A stretch of 64,000 nt of DNA, taken from contig CAXUUL010000013.1 in assembly GCA_964255285.1 (NCBI GenBank), positions 1 through 64,000 of the forward strand, given 5' to 3'. Position numbers and translations under genes: made by a program. Source of the DNA: Ionaspis alba. Lineage: Eukaryota. Shown here piece after piece: positions 13,281-27,069 of the stretch. Positions within the stretch are counted from its first letter, which is position 1; the number at the start of each line of letters is the position of its first letter. The notes under the pieces are model-generated. The model was not told the DNA's origin, searched no databases, and worked only from the letters and a program-made list of their open reading frames with translations.

Positions 13281-13479
13281 CTCATGATTTCGGAACTAGA
13301 CATTGCAGGTGATATTCGGCATGCGATCGTCCTCGATCAGCCATCGATTTTGATATTCGGCCCAATGTAGTTAGCACAGAATCCTCGGCGAATGGCAACA
13401 ATTTGTGAACTTGTGTAAAAGAACGCAAGGGAGTACTAACATCGTCCATGCACATTCAGTGTCCTCTATTGCCGTGGAG

Positions 13480-14624
13480 ATGAGTCGTGGTTATCATGTC
13501 TCGCAGCGAATTGTATCGCGACTGCGTAAATATCATCTTCACAGCTTGATTCGTCCTTCTCGTCGTTGACATATTCTGTAGAACAATCGAATGACCGAAG
13601 CATCTGCGATTCCTGCCTCAACGCCGCTCAGCGCCGCCATGCCTCCACAGCAGTCGCGACAGCGGTGACACAGGAACCATCTCCTCTATCTCAGTACCCA
13701 CCACCAATTACACCGACCACCTCCACCCAACAAGTTTACAGCATCAAAGCCGGCGTTGTTCTCTCGCGGCCGCCCCTCCTGACCCGTGACCTTACCTCTT
13801 TCGAAAAGTCCTTCTACTTCTATCAACGGCGGTTGAACGAGCGGCTCGTCCTCCCCTTTACTCGCTACTTTTATTACCAGAAGGACACACCGGCCGATAT
13901 CGACTGGAAGCGGAAAATTAAGGATCGATTGACCCCTGCACGGGATATCGGTGTCTACAACGCCTACAATAAGGAAGGATGGAATGACGAGTTGTTGGTC
14001 GGAGCAAAGGAGAGCGAGCCGGAAGAGCAAGTAGAAGCGTTATTGAAAGATGCGATTGTTGAGGAAGGAGAGGATGGATCTGAGTCGATTAAGAAGACCG
14101 AGGTGGTGGAGAAGCCTATGCCAAGGATTACGGAAGCCGATAAGACAGGAGACTTGAGGAGTCTCAACCGAGCATTGGTGAGGACGTTATACCTGGTTGT
14201 TAAAGGCTCGGATGGTACTTGGAGGTTTCCGCATGCATGCTTGATCGGGAAAGAGGATCTGAAAAGGGTATGATTCATCTCTGTTAAGAACAAATTTATG
14301 GAATTTAATATACGGATATAGGCCGCGGAACGAATACTTGTCCAGACTGGTGGGGTGAACATGAATACGTGGATCGTGGGAAATGCACCCGTCGGTCATC
14401 ACAGCCTCAAATATCCTCAAGCGAAGGCGGATGAAGAGAAGAGGATCGAGCATTTGGGAGAGAAGACTTTTTTCATGAAAGCGCGTATCATGGCCGGGCA
14501 AGTGAATCTCAAGAGTAATGCATTGGGCGTGGCAGATTACAAGTGGCTGGCTAAGGAGGAGGTGGAGAAGGAAGTGCTTCCTCAGTATTGGAATTCTGTG
14601 AGGAATATGTTGGTGGATCGGTAG
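13480..14624 (+). CDS. MRPL17: Mitochondrial large-subunit ribosomal protein mL46 (Nudix-like), 2 introns
   Basis: Arg/Ser-rich presequence MSRGYHVSQRIVSRL; GVVLSRPP, PRITEAD...SLNRAL.RTLYLVV, MNTWIVGNAPVGH, GEKTFFMKARIMAG. Confidence 0.9.
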
Positions 14625-15932
14625 CATAGTCAATTATTGGCGGGCTCTCAGCCTCCTGTATATGAGCAATCCTTGTGTCATAGGTTCCGCAATTCGGTGA
14701 CTCGTGTGTCAGGTACAACCCAAGCCCCTAAATGCTCCACGCTATCTGGATGTCTCGTAGAAGCAATCAAAGCCGTATGGATGTCCAAGGTTCCCACATG
14801 GCCTGCATCCTTGTGTTATTGATAGACGTTTTGTGAAATTCTAAGCACGCCAAAATCGAGGAGTAGTAAGTTTTATAGCCTGATGCTTCCGTCCAATCTG
14901 TAGACTAGGTCCAGAGTCGCTGCGATACGTTGCTAGAAGTGAAAATCTTGAACCACCCGCAGGAATTAGGGAAGGGCTACGATCCGGTCCATGAGCTAGA
15001 AAAGGTGGATCTTTTGAGACCACCAAGACCACCAATAGCATAGTATGTACTCATCACAGATGGATTGACCATCGAAGTGGTCTCTCGCAGCCGAACAGAC
15101 GCGGACCAGTCAGAAGTCTCCTGTCATCAACACAAGCAATAGAAAGCATGTTAAAAGGCTCTTGTTTGTGGAGAGGCAGTCTATCGTCTAGGATATGACT
15201 GAAGTGGAGAGGCCAAAACCGTTTTCTATTTTGGAAAAGTGTTGAAAGCTTCAAGATCTCAAAAGACAAAATCCATTGGTGAGCCCCTTTGAAAGGGGAG
15301 AACCAATAAGGTTAAACTCACGCATTTGCAAGTCGCTATATTTCTGAGTTTAACAGTTCCGGCTCCAGTACTCACCAGGTTGAGATGGATGACAGCTCCT
15401 TCTTCATAAGTTATATGCCCACGAAGCAATACGATGGTACCATACCGACTAACGTTTCGCCCACAGCTTGGATTGACTATAGCGCGTTGCCAGTAAATAA
15501 GGACCCAGTATCCACCGCTGCCGCAGCAACACAACATAAAAGCTGGCATGTATGAGGAGTTTGCGTCTAATAGAAACAGCCTTCTTCTTTCCTGGATCAA
15601 CGCTCGAAAGCAACAAAGTCTAGCTCGGCTCTAGCACGACAGCGCTCTATCCTCGTGGCTCGCCGACAAGACCGGTCTGGTGCGCGGAACTCCTTCGAAG
15701 CTAAGTCGGATCTGGGAAGTTCCATGCCGGGGTGAGATGCAGCCTCCTAGTTGAGAGATATTGGTGCCCTCATAATTCTGCTGAACCTTGACACGGCAGT
15801 TGCGATCATCGATAGATACAGGCGGTCCAGAAGCAGCGCTGAATCTCCTACCAGCCTGATCCCCAGAGTCCATGAGCCACCGGTGCCTTGTATGACGGTT
15901 CTTTTCCTCATGATGACTAGGCGATGGCATCT

Positions 15933-16427
15933 TCACTTTGCTGAGAATTTCTGGCCTTGAACCGCTGGAATATTCTCAGATCCTTTTTCTTTGTTCAGGC
16001 TCTTCCCACACATGGCACAGGCTACATGGTAAATCAGCCAGTTGAGATGGGGTACCCAAGGAGACCAACTGGTCTGAGCTTACAATTCGCTTTGTATGCA
16101 CACCGCTGGCAGTATGTTCGGCCCTGCTCCGTCTTCGTCTTGCATGTTGTACAAGAAGAGGCATACGCGGCATAGGGATTTTTTGCGCCTTTGCTGAGGA
16201 GTTTGCTCTGTTGCCAGGTTATTTTAAAATTGAGTCTGAGCAGGAGGCTCTAGAGCTAGTACCTTTCCGATGCTGGTGTTGCCTAAGGTTGCAGATGTCT
16301 TAATTTTGCCACTGCCACTGGCAGCTGAGGAGGCCGGTGAGCCGTAGTACATGTCATTTTTGCGCTTCACAGCAGGGGTAGCCAATTCTGTCTTCTTCTG
16401 AACCTTCTGGCACTTTGCGCAAACCAT
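15933..16427 (-). CDS. CRIPT: Cysteine-rich PDZ-binding protein (CRIPT family), 3 exons
   Basis: Spliced MVCAKC...GK|SKLLSKGAKNPYAAYASSCTTCKTKTEQGRTYCQRCAYKAN|SCAMCGK...KFSAK*. Confidence 0.9.
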
Positions 16428-16998
16428 CTGGACGACTACTGGATCTATAAAGAATCAAGGTAGTCCAGAAAGTCAATGATAATGGAGCCGTTGGATTAAC
16501 GTTGATCGTCATCGGCTACCGGCGTCGGGGGATCTGCTCCAAGAATAGTGACGAATGCATGGGCCGGTTTCATCTTTCAAGTTTTACTATCTTCCCCTGG
16601 TTTGCAACCAAGAGTTATTGTCATTATTGATCAGTATTTCCGCTCCATGCTGTAGAACTAGACTACTCAATCGAACGGAGTGCTGCTGGAACCCGAAGTC
16701 TGTTACGCATAATTTGGTACACTGTAGTGACAAGTAAATTGAAGTTAGTTAAGGGTGGCTGGTATTCGCGGCGTTGCGACCTAGGATTGTCGTACGAGTA
16801 TGCTGCGGTTCACTCCATGTCAGCCCCGTAACCCATTCACAATCATGCATTGTTGAGACGACATCAATCTCACCGCAACGGACTCTGCGCATCTGTCCTT
16901 GATGTGTGCTACTGGTCTGTATTCTGGAATTATTACTGGAGTTGTGATCCGTCAGAAAACAGCGCTGGCTTCACGCTGGCCAAAAAAGCTTGCCCGGC

Positions 16999-19900
16999 AT
17001 GGCTGGCCGGCCACCGGGAGCTCACAGGAACGAAGCACCTCTACTGGACTTGGAAGATTCCGGTCAGGTCTACCACGATGGCAGTCGCCCTCCAGTGAAC
17101 GATGATGAGCTACTACAACGGTACGACATCGACGACTCAGACACTCCACAACCTAGACCATCAGTATCCTATGATGACTTTGTTGGCTCCGGCAATTCAA
17201 GAGCTGCCTTACCTGGAGGGCCTGGCCTGACTCCTGCTGGACGACCACAACCTCCGTATCTTGGTACAGGGACTAATCGCACTTACTCGCAAACATCGGG
17301 TCTCAACAATTACCAGCGCTATTCAGATGTCGACGACTTCCCGGACGATGACCGGAGCTATTATCATAATGGAGGAGCAGGAGATGGGAACAGTCCTCCG
17401 GGACTTGATATAGTGGGCGGCAGCCGCACGAGACAGAGAAATAGCATACTTAGCATGGGCGGTGGAATGATGGGGCGGGCAAAGGCTATGATGGGAATGG
17501 GTCCAAAATACTCAGAGATGGATGTCCCCTTGACGGAGCCAGGAATAGGAGGCAGGCGGGTCGATAGCATCTCTCCGGAAGGACCAGGCAGGTCACATCA
17601 GACCAAGAGACTTGATGTCAGCAACTTCAAATTCGGCCTTGGCAGAAGCAGACCGGATCCTTCAACATTGGGACCAAGGATGATACATCTGAACAATCCA
17701 CCGGCAAATTCGTCGAGCAAATACCTCAACAATCACGTTTCCACAACCAAATATAACGTCGCGACCTTTATCCCGAAATTTCTCTTCGAACAGTTCTCCA
17801 AATATGCCAATCTATTCTTCTTGTTCACTGCGGTTCTGCAGCAAATACCCAACATTTCGCCTACGAATAGATATACGACCATCGGACCTTTGATCATCGT
17901 GCTGATGGTATCCGCTGGAAAAGAGTTGGTAGAGGATTATAAACGAAGAACATCGGACAAGTCCCTTAACTATTCCAAGGCTAAGGTACTGAAGGGTACG
18001 AACTTCGAGACTACAAAATGGGTGAATGTGGCAGTAGGAGATATCGTGAAGGTCGAATCTGAAGAATCCTTTCCGGCGGACTTGGTCCTTTTGGCCAGCT
18101 CTGAGCCAGAGGGCTTGTGCTACATTGAGACAGCAAATTTGGATGGAGAAACCAATTTGAAGATTAAGCAGGCGATCCCAGAGACGGCAAGCTTAGTCAG
18201 TCCAAATGAACTCAGTCGCCTGACAGGAAGAGTGCGATCCGAACAACCCAATAGCAGTCTCTACACCTATGAGGCTACCTTGACAATGCAGGCAGGTGGA
18301 GGAGAGAAGGAGTTGCCTCTCGCACCAGATCAGTTACTGCTTCGAGGTGCAACTCTACGGAACACCCCGTGGATCTATGGTATCGTTGTATTTACCGGGC
18401 ACGAGACTAAGCTGATGCGGAACGCCACCGCGACGCCGATCAAGCGGACTGCTGTCGAAAGGCAGGTCAATATCCAAATTTTAATGCTAGTCGCCATTCT
18501 CGTGACACTCAGCATAATCAGCTCTACCGGAGATCTCATTGTGCGAGGTACCGCGCAGCAGAAGCTTGCGTATCTACAGTATGGTGATACCAACAATGCT
18601 AAGCAATTCTTCTCTGATATCTTCACATACTGGGTCCTTTACTCGAATCTTGTACCCATATCGCTTTTTGTGACTATAGAGGGTGTGAAGTACTATCACG
18701 CATTTCTGATAAATTCGGATCTCGATATTTACTACGATAAGACCGATACGGCAGCTATCTGTCGGACCTCATCCCTCGTGGAAGAATTAGGACAGATAGA
18801 ATACATTTTCTCAGACAAGACAGGAACTTTGACTTGCAACATGATGGAGTTCAAGCAATGCTCTATAGGAGGCATTCAGTATGCCGATGAGGTTTCGGAG
18901 GACAAACGAGCAACAGAACAAGACGGAATGGAAGCTGGGGTTCACACCTTCGACAGGCTGAGAGGAAATCTCAAATCGCATCAGACGGCAGCGCTGATTC
19001 ACCATTTTCTTGCACTCTTGGCGACATGTCACACCGTCATACCCGAGAGAAGAGAAGAGAAACCAGGAGAGATCAAGTATCAGGCTGCATCGCCTGATGA
19101 GGGTGCGCTTGTGGAGGGTGCTGTTATGCTTGGATACAGGTTTACAGCACGGAAACCTCGAGCGGTCAAAATCTTGGTAGATGGTGAAGAATTGGAATAC
19201 GAGCTTCTAGCAGTCTGTGAATTCAATTCCACCCGGAAACGGATGTCGACAATCTTTAGATGTCCTGATGGCAAAGTGCGATGTTACTGCAAAGGAGCTG
19301 ATACTGTGATCCTCGAGAGATTAGGGAAAGACAACACATTCGTGGACGTGACTCTTCAACACCTGGAAGATTATGCCACCGAAGGCCTCCGGACATTGTG
19401 CCTTGCAATGCGAGAAATACCCGAAGAAGAGTACCAACAATGGGCCAGGATCTTCGATAAAGCGTCTACTGATGTGAGTGGGAATCGTGCACAAGAGTTA
19501 GACAAAGCTGCCGAGTTGATAGAGCACGACTTTATTCTACTGGGAGCTACAGCCATCGAGGACAAGTTGCAAGACGGAGTACCAGACACAATTCATACCT
19601 TGCAAACCGCTGGCATCAAGGTGTGGGTGCTTACCGGAGATAGACAAGAGACGGCTATTAATATTGGCATGAGTTGTAAGCTCATTAGCGAGGACATGAC
19701 TCTTTTGATAGTAAACGAAGAGACTTCCGCGGCCACAAGAGATAATCTGTCGAAGAAGCTCAATGCGATACGGAGTCAATCTGCCGGTGGTATGGAGATG
19801 GAGACAATGGCCTTAGTCATTGACGGCAAGTCTCTGACCTATGCACTCGAGAAGGATATGGAGAAGATGTTCTTAGATTTGGCTGTCATGTGTAAGGCTG

Positions 19901-21190
19901 TTATCTGCTGGTACGAACACTCCTCTCTATCGTTCTGAGTCCTACTGATCCCGAACTCAGTCGTGTATCACCACTTCAGAAAGCCTTGGTCGTCAAGCTC
20001 GTGAAACGTCATCTGAAGGCCATACTGCTGGCAATTGGTGATGGTGCGAATGATGTCTCCATGATCCAAGCTGCACATGTTGGAGTGGGTATTAGTGGTG
20101 TGGAAGGTCTCCAAGCTGCTCGGAGTGCTGATATAGCAATTGGGCAATTTCGATTCCTTCGAAAACTACTGCTTGTCCATGGGGCATGGAGTTATCAGCG
20201 CATCTCCAAGGTCATCTTGTACTCCTTCTACAAGAACATTGCTTTGTATATGACTCAATTTTGGGTGAGTAGATGCCTTAGCAGGTATATTTCAGCTGGG
20301 CTGACCAGTTGTCGCAGTATTCGTTTCAAAACGCCTTCTCTGGAGAGGTGATATACGAGTCCTGGACTCTTTCCTTCTACAATGTGTTCTTTACCGTTTT
20401 CCCACCAGTGGCAATGGGAATCTTTGATCAATTCATCTCCGCGCGCCTCCTAGATCGATATCCTCAACTTTATCAGCTCGGTCAGAAGGGCGTGTTCTTC
20501 AAGATGCATTCTTTCTTCTGCTGGATCCTCAACGGGTTCTACCATTCTCTTATCGCTTACCTCTTCTCGGAATTGATCTGGTATTGGGATCTACCCCAAA
20601 GCGATGGCAAGATAGCCGGTCACTGGGTATGGGGAACAGGTCTCTACACCACCGTGCTAGCTACAGTCCTCGGAAAGGCTGCCCTTGTCACCAATATCTG
20701 GACAAAGTGGACATTCCTTGCTATACCCGGAAGCATGGTCATCTGGCTAGCATTCATCCCCGCTTACGCAACTGTCGCACCCATGCTTAACTTCTCCACC
20801 GAGTACAACGGGGTGATCCCTCGTCTTTTCACTTCCCCAATTTTCTGGCTCCAGGCGCTCGTAATTCCCGTCCTTTGCCTTGCCCGCGATATTTCGTGGA
20901 AGTATGCAAAACGTATGTATCGGCCACAAGCCTACCATCACGTGCAAGAAATTCAGAAGTACAATATCCAAGACTACAGGCCGCGGATGGAGCAGTTTCA
21001 GAAAGCGATTCGGAAAGTGCGACAGGTGCAGAGGATGCGGAAGCAGCGAGGATACGCTTTCAGTCAAGCGGACGAGAGTCAGACCAGGGTGCTGCAGGCT
21101 TACGATACCACGAGGGAGAGGGGAAGGTATGGGGAGATGGCGAGTTCGAGGCCAGCGATGGAGAGGGGTAAGTCGAAGAGGAAACTGTAG
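16999..21190 (+). CDS. DRS2: P4-type phospholipid-transporting ATPase (flippase), 2 introns
   Basis: DGETN, PISL, phosphorylation site DKTGTLT, TGD, GDGAND, QQ substrate motif (LQQIP) and C-terminal GYAFS motif. Confidence 0.97.
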
Positions 21191-21927
21191 GATTCAGGAC
21201 TTGGACGCGAGATGAAGCTTATTGTATATTTTATATCTTTGTGATGCTGGCGTTCTTACTGGGTGGTGGAGCGTGATCTTGCATGAATCTTGACGGTTCG
21301 TAGCCATTTGGAGTCGTCTGGCATTTCTTGGCTCATCGATCTAGTTCTTTCAGTTGTCGTACGTGTCTACATATGCTTGATGTGACTGTAGATGCCATGA
21401 GGCGCTAAATTCGATGGGATAAATAAGTAGCGAAGCAAATTCAGTCCCCAGCATTTAGACGAGTGGCTAATCCCGATGAGGACTCGCTTCTAGCCAACGA
21501 CATGCTTCCGAGGCTTCCGAATGGTGCCGTGCTCAGGCTCAGATAAGACGTTGAACGTGGGTGTTGCTAGGTGTGCGTTCCGGGATTTTCATGTAGGAAA
21601 ATCTTTCATCTGCTCGCTCGAGCCCGAAAGTTGTTCATGCTGGTCTAAGGAACATTGCAAGGAAGGTGTGAGCGGCCAGCGACGCCCTGCTTTGCCACTT
21701 CCTTGAGTACGCATGTCATACAGGGGCCTACCTTTGAAGAATTCAACGGGAGCTTTCTCCACATGCCTCCTTTAATACCTGTGATCCTCCTAACGTTGAA
21801 AAACAAATCAACACTCATCTCAAATTCATTCTTATTCTTTCAACTTCCTTACAGCCTTAACAGCCCCACCAATCTCCTGCATCTGTACTCCAACCTATGA
21901 CTGCACCGGTGACTTGTGGATGACAAG

Positions 21928-23587
21928 ATGTCTCGTTCCAAGAAAGAAAAGACTACAATCACTTTTCAAAGTCCCGGGGCCATTCCTCCCGTATTCGTGT
22001 CCGCTGCGTTCACCGACCCGCCGTGGCACCCAATAGAGCTTGATTACAGTAAAGCCCCCGGTAGTGATGAGGATTTGATCTTTGCCAAAGGGTTCGAGGT
22101 TGATGAAGGGCGCTGGCAGTACAAATTTCGATTGGGACCTGGAGATTGGTGGGTTTGCAATGAGGATTCGGAGATAGGCACGTGGAAAGAGTCTTAATTG
22201 AGTTTCAAAGCTGCTGATAGTACACAGTCTTGGATGAAGCCGGTAACCGCAACAACCTTCTAGTCGTTGCGGCAGAGGACCTTGGTGATGAGTCTAAAGC
22301 TACACGTTCTTATGGTGGGGATGAGAACGTTGGTTCACTGCAGCCCGACTCAGAATCTTCGAGTCTGAGTGCGACAAGGGAAGACCTCGAGAACCGTATG
22401 AACGTTGCCAAGGATATGCCCAAAAGACAAGCATTTTCTAGTTCGAGCTTAGCAGCAGATACTACCAATGTGGTGCACTCAGCTGACGCTGAACGAAGTC
22501 TGGCTTCTTCACAAGATACTTTAGATGGCAGTGATAGCACCGATGCTCCTGATCAAGGGCAGTATGGCAGGACTGAATCACCCAAGATTGACATTGAGAA
22601 GATGAAGCTAGTGGTGTCGATGCCCAAGCAACCCGGCGACAGCCCCGAAGCGATGGCGGTCCATGAAAGAGATATTCTGGAGCTGGACGAGGATTATGTT
22701 CGGACGGCCATGGCTTTCGATATCCAAAACTGTGCAAAAAAGTCCAACGTATGTTTCATATCTTGTTTCTAAGGCTACAAGTCCGCTAAAACCTGTACCT
22801 TTCACTGACGATCAGCTCGGATCAACCCTGCAGTATGAGAGTCCTTCTGATGCCGCCAACAAAGGGCTCTCCGCCTCAAATACTATAGCCGAGAAAGGTG
22901 GACTGCGGCTCGGAGCTACTGATGACGAAAACACTCATCGTTCTATGTCAGAGCAAATCTCTCTGTTCGACAGGGCCAAAGGTGATTAACAAGGCGTCTC
23001 AAATCTTTCGTGTTCAGAATTGACTTATACCGATTCTCTACCTCAAGATATCCCTCCAGATGAACATCTTATCTCCTTGGGGAAGGATAGCTTAACCGGC
23101 TCACCCAGCGGTCGCCATCATGGCAGAGGCCTGGGTCAAGACGGTAAGCTTTTCGTTCCTAAGTTTCGCTGACTTTACTCACATGCTAGATATTTTGGAA
23201 GTGCCTAAGAATGGCCAACCCAAAGCTGCTGGAATCAAAACACCTATCCCTAGTCCCAAACATGATTTTGACGTCGAATCTCATGACCCACGCAGCTCTG
23301 CTGAGTTCAAGAATTTACATGGTGATGATCAGCCACTGCTCAATTCTCCTGGCATTACCGCTGAGTATAGGTCGTCCGACGATGCAGCGATGGCCAGCGA
23401 TGATACTGCCACATCATCGCAGTCAGGCAAAAGCGATTCTATCCCTGCTCTACCCGAGTCAACAGAAGAGGCTGCTTCTTCTGACCCCGAGGTACAAGAT
23501 GGTGCCATACAGAGGGTATTGACAAGAATTTTGGATTGGCTTGCTTCTTTATGGGCATCACTCTTTGCAAAACCAAAACAGGAATGA
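21928..23587 (+). CDS. AMPK1_CBM/CBM48-like (glycogen-recognition) domain protein with long low-complexity tail, multi-exon
   Basis: N-terminal TITFQSPG...VFVSAAFTDPPW...QYKFRLGPGDWWVCNE|..DEAGNRNNLL; acidic/Ser-rich remainder; amphipathic C-terminus ILDWLASLWASLF. Confidence 0.75.
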
Positions 23588-24492
23588 AAGGGCTCATTGT
23601 AAGTCTTGAGATTGTCAAGGCTATCCTTTTGCAAATACTGACTGCTTCTTAGTTCCAATGTTTGGATACCGAGCAAGCTGATTTCCTGTGGAGAAAGGAC
23701 GAACAGCAATCGACTCAACGCTCTCCTTTGTCGTAATACCTTCTTTGGCTAACAGCATGCCTGCACATTAATGCATCATCAAAGCGGACAAGATATGGGA
23801 TGCAATTGAGCCGTATTTCATTAAATCTCAATACTATCCGCCTTTGTCTGTTGATGTCGCCGATCATCTATCTACTTGTACTGTGTTGTTTCATGACTAT
23901 AGTCGACCCCTATCGGGACCAGTCATCGGCTACCGATATCTTCCTCCACCGCTAGTGCGAAATATGAATTAGCAGACTTGCGAGAATGAGGGACGTGAAG
24001 ATGCGGCTGTGCTTTGTGCCACTGTGGTCTAAGGGTCAGTTCCGTGCGGCTTTTTCATGTGTCTCGGGCACTATTAACACCTTAGCACCCCTACTCAACC
24101 ACTAAACCCTAGGAGTCCTACCAACACTAGTCAACGCTATCCACTCATTCGTCCAGATCTTTTCAGCCACCGCGAAAGTGCGGCTTCAATGCTCACCGGC
24201 CACGCGCCCCTCGCACCGCGAAACCCCAAAAGACTGGGTCTAGCGGCTCTGACTAGCTCCCGCGTAACGTTATCAAGCCGCAAGCCGCAATCCTCACCCT
24301 CCTCCTTACCTTCCCTAACTTCATGACCGGCAACCTTCACTTCCATCCTCTGCTCTAGCAAATACTGTGCACCTACTGCAGTCAACACACTGTGCACAGT
24401 ACTTTCCCCTTCCTCACGCTTCCTGCTTGAGCATAGCTCGTGCCGCCCCTTTCATGACTCTGCATCCAACACCACGCGTTAAGCTTCCAGAC

Positions 24493-27069
24493 ATGTATCA
24501 TCGACAGCCTATGATCCCAGGATCTAACTCCTGGGCTCAGTCAGCTCAAGGCCAGGCCACGCCATCGGCAGTCTCAGGTACGTTGTACCAAAGTTCTCAC
24601 CTCGCCCCAGTGCCTTCGGATCGTGAACCTTGTGTCGTGAACTTCGTGGCTTGAGTCTTGCTAACCCTTACTTCTCATTCTAGCCCAGGACAGCATGCAT
24701 GAGAACTCTTGGGCCCAGGAGGCTGCTGCTACTGCTGCCAAGGAAAAAGGTGTCGACGAGCCTCAAACACTCAGCAAGTCCATGAAGACCGATCGCTCAA
24801 AACACGACGAGAAGCCAATGCCTCCGACCCCGAAGGAGCAGGCTGAAGAAAAGGGACTGAGAATCACCATTCCCAAAGCTCGACGTGACAAGATTGTTCC
24901 TGTTACCCCTTTCTACCCTTCTCATCGCAACAGCAACGTGTCCAATAAGGAAAAGAAACGCTCAACCACGGAGCCTATTGCAAACATGCCTCAGCTCGAT
25001 GGCCCGAACATCGGCATCAAGAGCATACGTGCAAAGTTCGGTGGTGGTGACAACTCCAAAGGTGGTGACGATGGTGTAGCTAGACCTGCTAACACTGCCG
25101 TTGTGTACGAGCCGACTGAGCCTATGCCCACTCAGAAGACTGACAAAGCTGCCCGGGTTCTGGGGGTATATCCAAAGCCCAAGGACCAAGATCAGAGTGT
25201 TACAGACCCTCCTGCCAGCGCGCCGGCGACTACGGCGACCTACCATCAGTCAGCAGAGCTAGAGCAGGATGGCAAGACCAGTGAGATGAGTCTCCGCCGC
25301 AACGCTAACAGCACCCCGGTGCCTCTTCGTGGACAGCCAACTGCCCGTTTCTATGAAGAGAACAATCTGAAGATACCTACCGTGGTTATCGAACATGCAC
25401 AGAAGGTGCCAAAGATGAAGCCTGCCATCAATGTTGGTGGTAAATCCGAAGGAATCATCTTTGGTGATGGCAAACTCAGTCCTACCAAACTGGGTGATTA
25501 TGGATTCAGACGCGAGGTTCAGACTCGTGAGGTCGAAGGCTTCGGCAGAGTTGCCAGCCACGCAGCTATCGTGGAGAATGCGAACGACCAGTCGAGTGCG
25601 CCTCATCCTCAGGAAGAGATCAATCGTATGCAAAGTATGGGAGAACCACTCACTAGCTCGAGCACGGTCACGAATCCATATGCAGGAATGTTCGATGCCC
25701 CTGGAGAGATGCTTTCACCAATGAAGTATGCTCCAAACCAGTATGAGGGCATTTGGGAGAACGATCCCCATGTGGTAGGCAATACGTGACCTTGTGTGAT
25801 ATCAGACCAGGAGCTCACTGTAGTCTATAGGGATACTCTTTGCCGCCTTTCAGTCCGACCACAGGTCGCCCTTTTCCAAGCACGAGCCAGAATGTTCCAT
25901 CAGCACTACCCGTAGCTGCAGCGAACATGCAGGGACGCCAAGGTGTTGTTGACGAGACAGCCTCGAATGTTCAGATTGTCTTCAGAAGAGATCCGAATGA
26001 ACTCGCTCAGCGACGTGCGAATGCACCATCGTACGGCTCAATCAACTCATTAGCTCCCAGCTCAGTCTACAACAGCTCTGCAGAATCTGTTCCAATGTCC
26101 GCTTCTCAGCCATCGGCAAAGCCGGCCCCTCTCTTCGCGAGTGCTCCAGAAGCTATAGATCCTGATGCCAGTAACGCGCGTGTCGATAATGGCTTTGGAC
26201 ATTTCGTACCTCCTCCACCATCAACCTTTCCTGGATACCAGCCAGCTGCTGGACCTGATCTTACCCATTTCGGAATGACACTTCACCACCATATTGAGAC
26301 TAGCTTCGATCGCCTATGTCGTTTGGTAATCAACAAGCACGACAGCCTCGGAGATGAGCTTGTCAAACGCTGCGAACATCTAGAGGAGAAAGTCTACAAG
26401 TCCTCTAAAGGTATCTCACGCGCAGATATGAACCAGCTCAAGAGAGAATTTGACACCATGAAGCACGATCTCACCGTCAATAGTGTCGCTGTGAATGAGT
26501 TGAAGCAGATGATCACTGTCTTGACCGACAAAGTGACAGCTTTGGATCGAAATGACGGGAACCGTCAAAGCCAGAACACCATGGTGCCTACTGGTGGTAT
26601 GGGCTCAGAAACCGAAACAGGACAGCAGGACAACAATCCGGACACCCCGACACGTCGTGGCATCGGTGTCTCGCGCAATCGGCCTCACAACCGCCGGCAG
26701 AGCAACCAGGCCGCACCCATCGCTCCTATCGCTCCTAATGGTCCGCGTCAGGGTAATCGAGGTGGATATCACGGGCGTCGTTCAAACGCTGGGGCCAACT
26801 TCGCTTCACGACGCGGAAGCGACAATCGCTACAGTCAGTCCGAGCAGTTCGCAGATCCATCTCTGAGTGAGATGAGTATGCCGCCGGACTTGCGCGATCA
26901 TCCTGCATTCCAGCAACAGAGCCACTTCACTTACGATGATGGGTCTGCACCACCAATGCATGGAACTCAGCCAATGGTTCACCAGGGACCAAACGGATAC
27001 ATGTATGAGATGCCATCGTTTGGCCATTCCTCATGGTATGACCAGGTGAATAATCAGAACTACATGTAG
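24493..27069 (+). CDS. Hypothetical protein, mostly low complexity, with a coiled-coil segment; 3 exons
   Basis: Long ORFs 24695-25789 and 25840-27069 joined by canonical introns; first exon MYHRQPMIPG; helical block LHHHIETSFDRL...LTDKVTALD. Confidence 0.75.

Noticed and set aside
14640..15930. Hidden gene or snoRNA between the convergent mL46 and CRIPT genes
   Set aside because: Only short featureless ORFs; no C/D or H/ACA box arrangement that I can support
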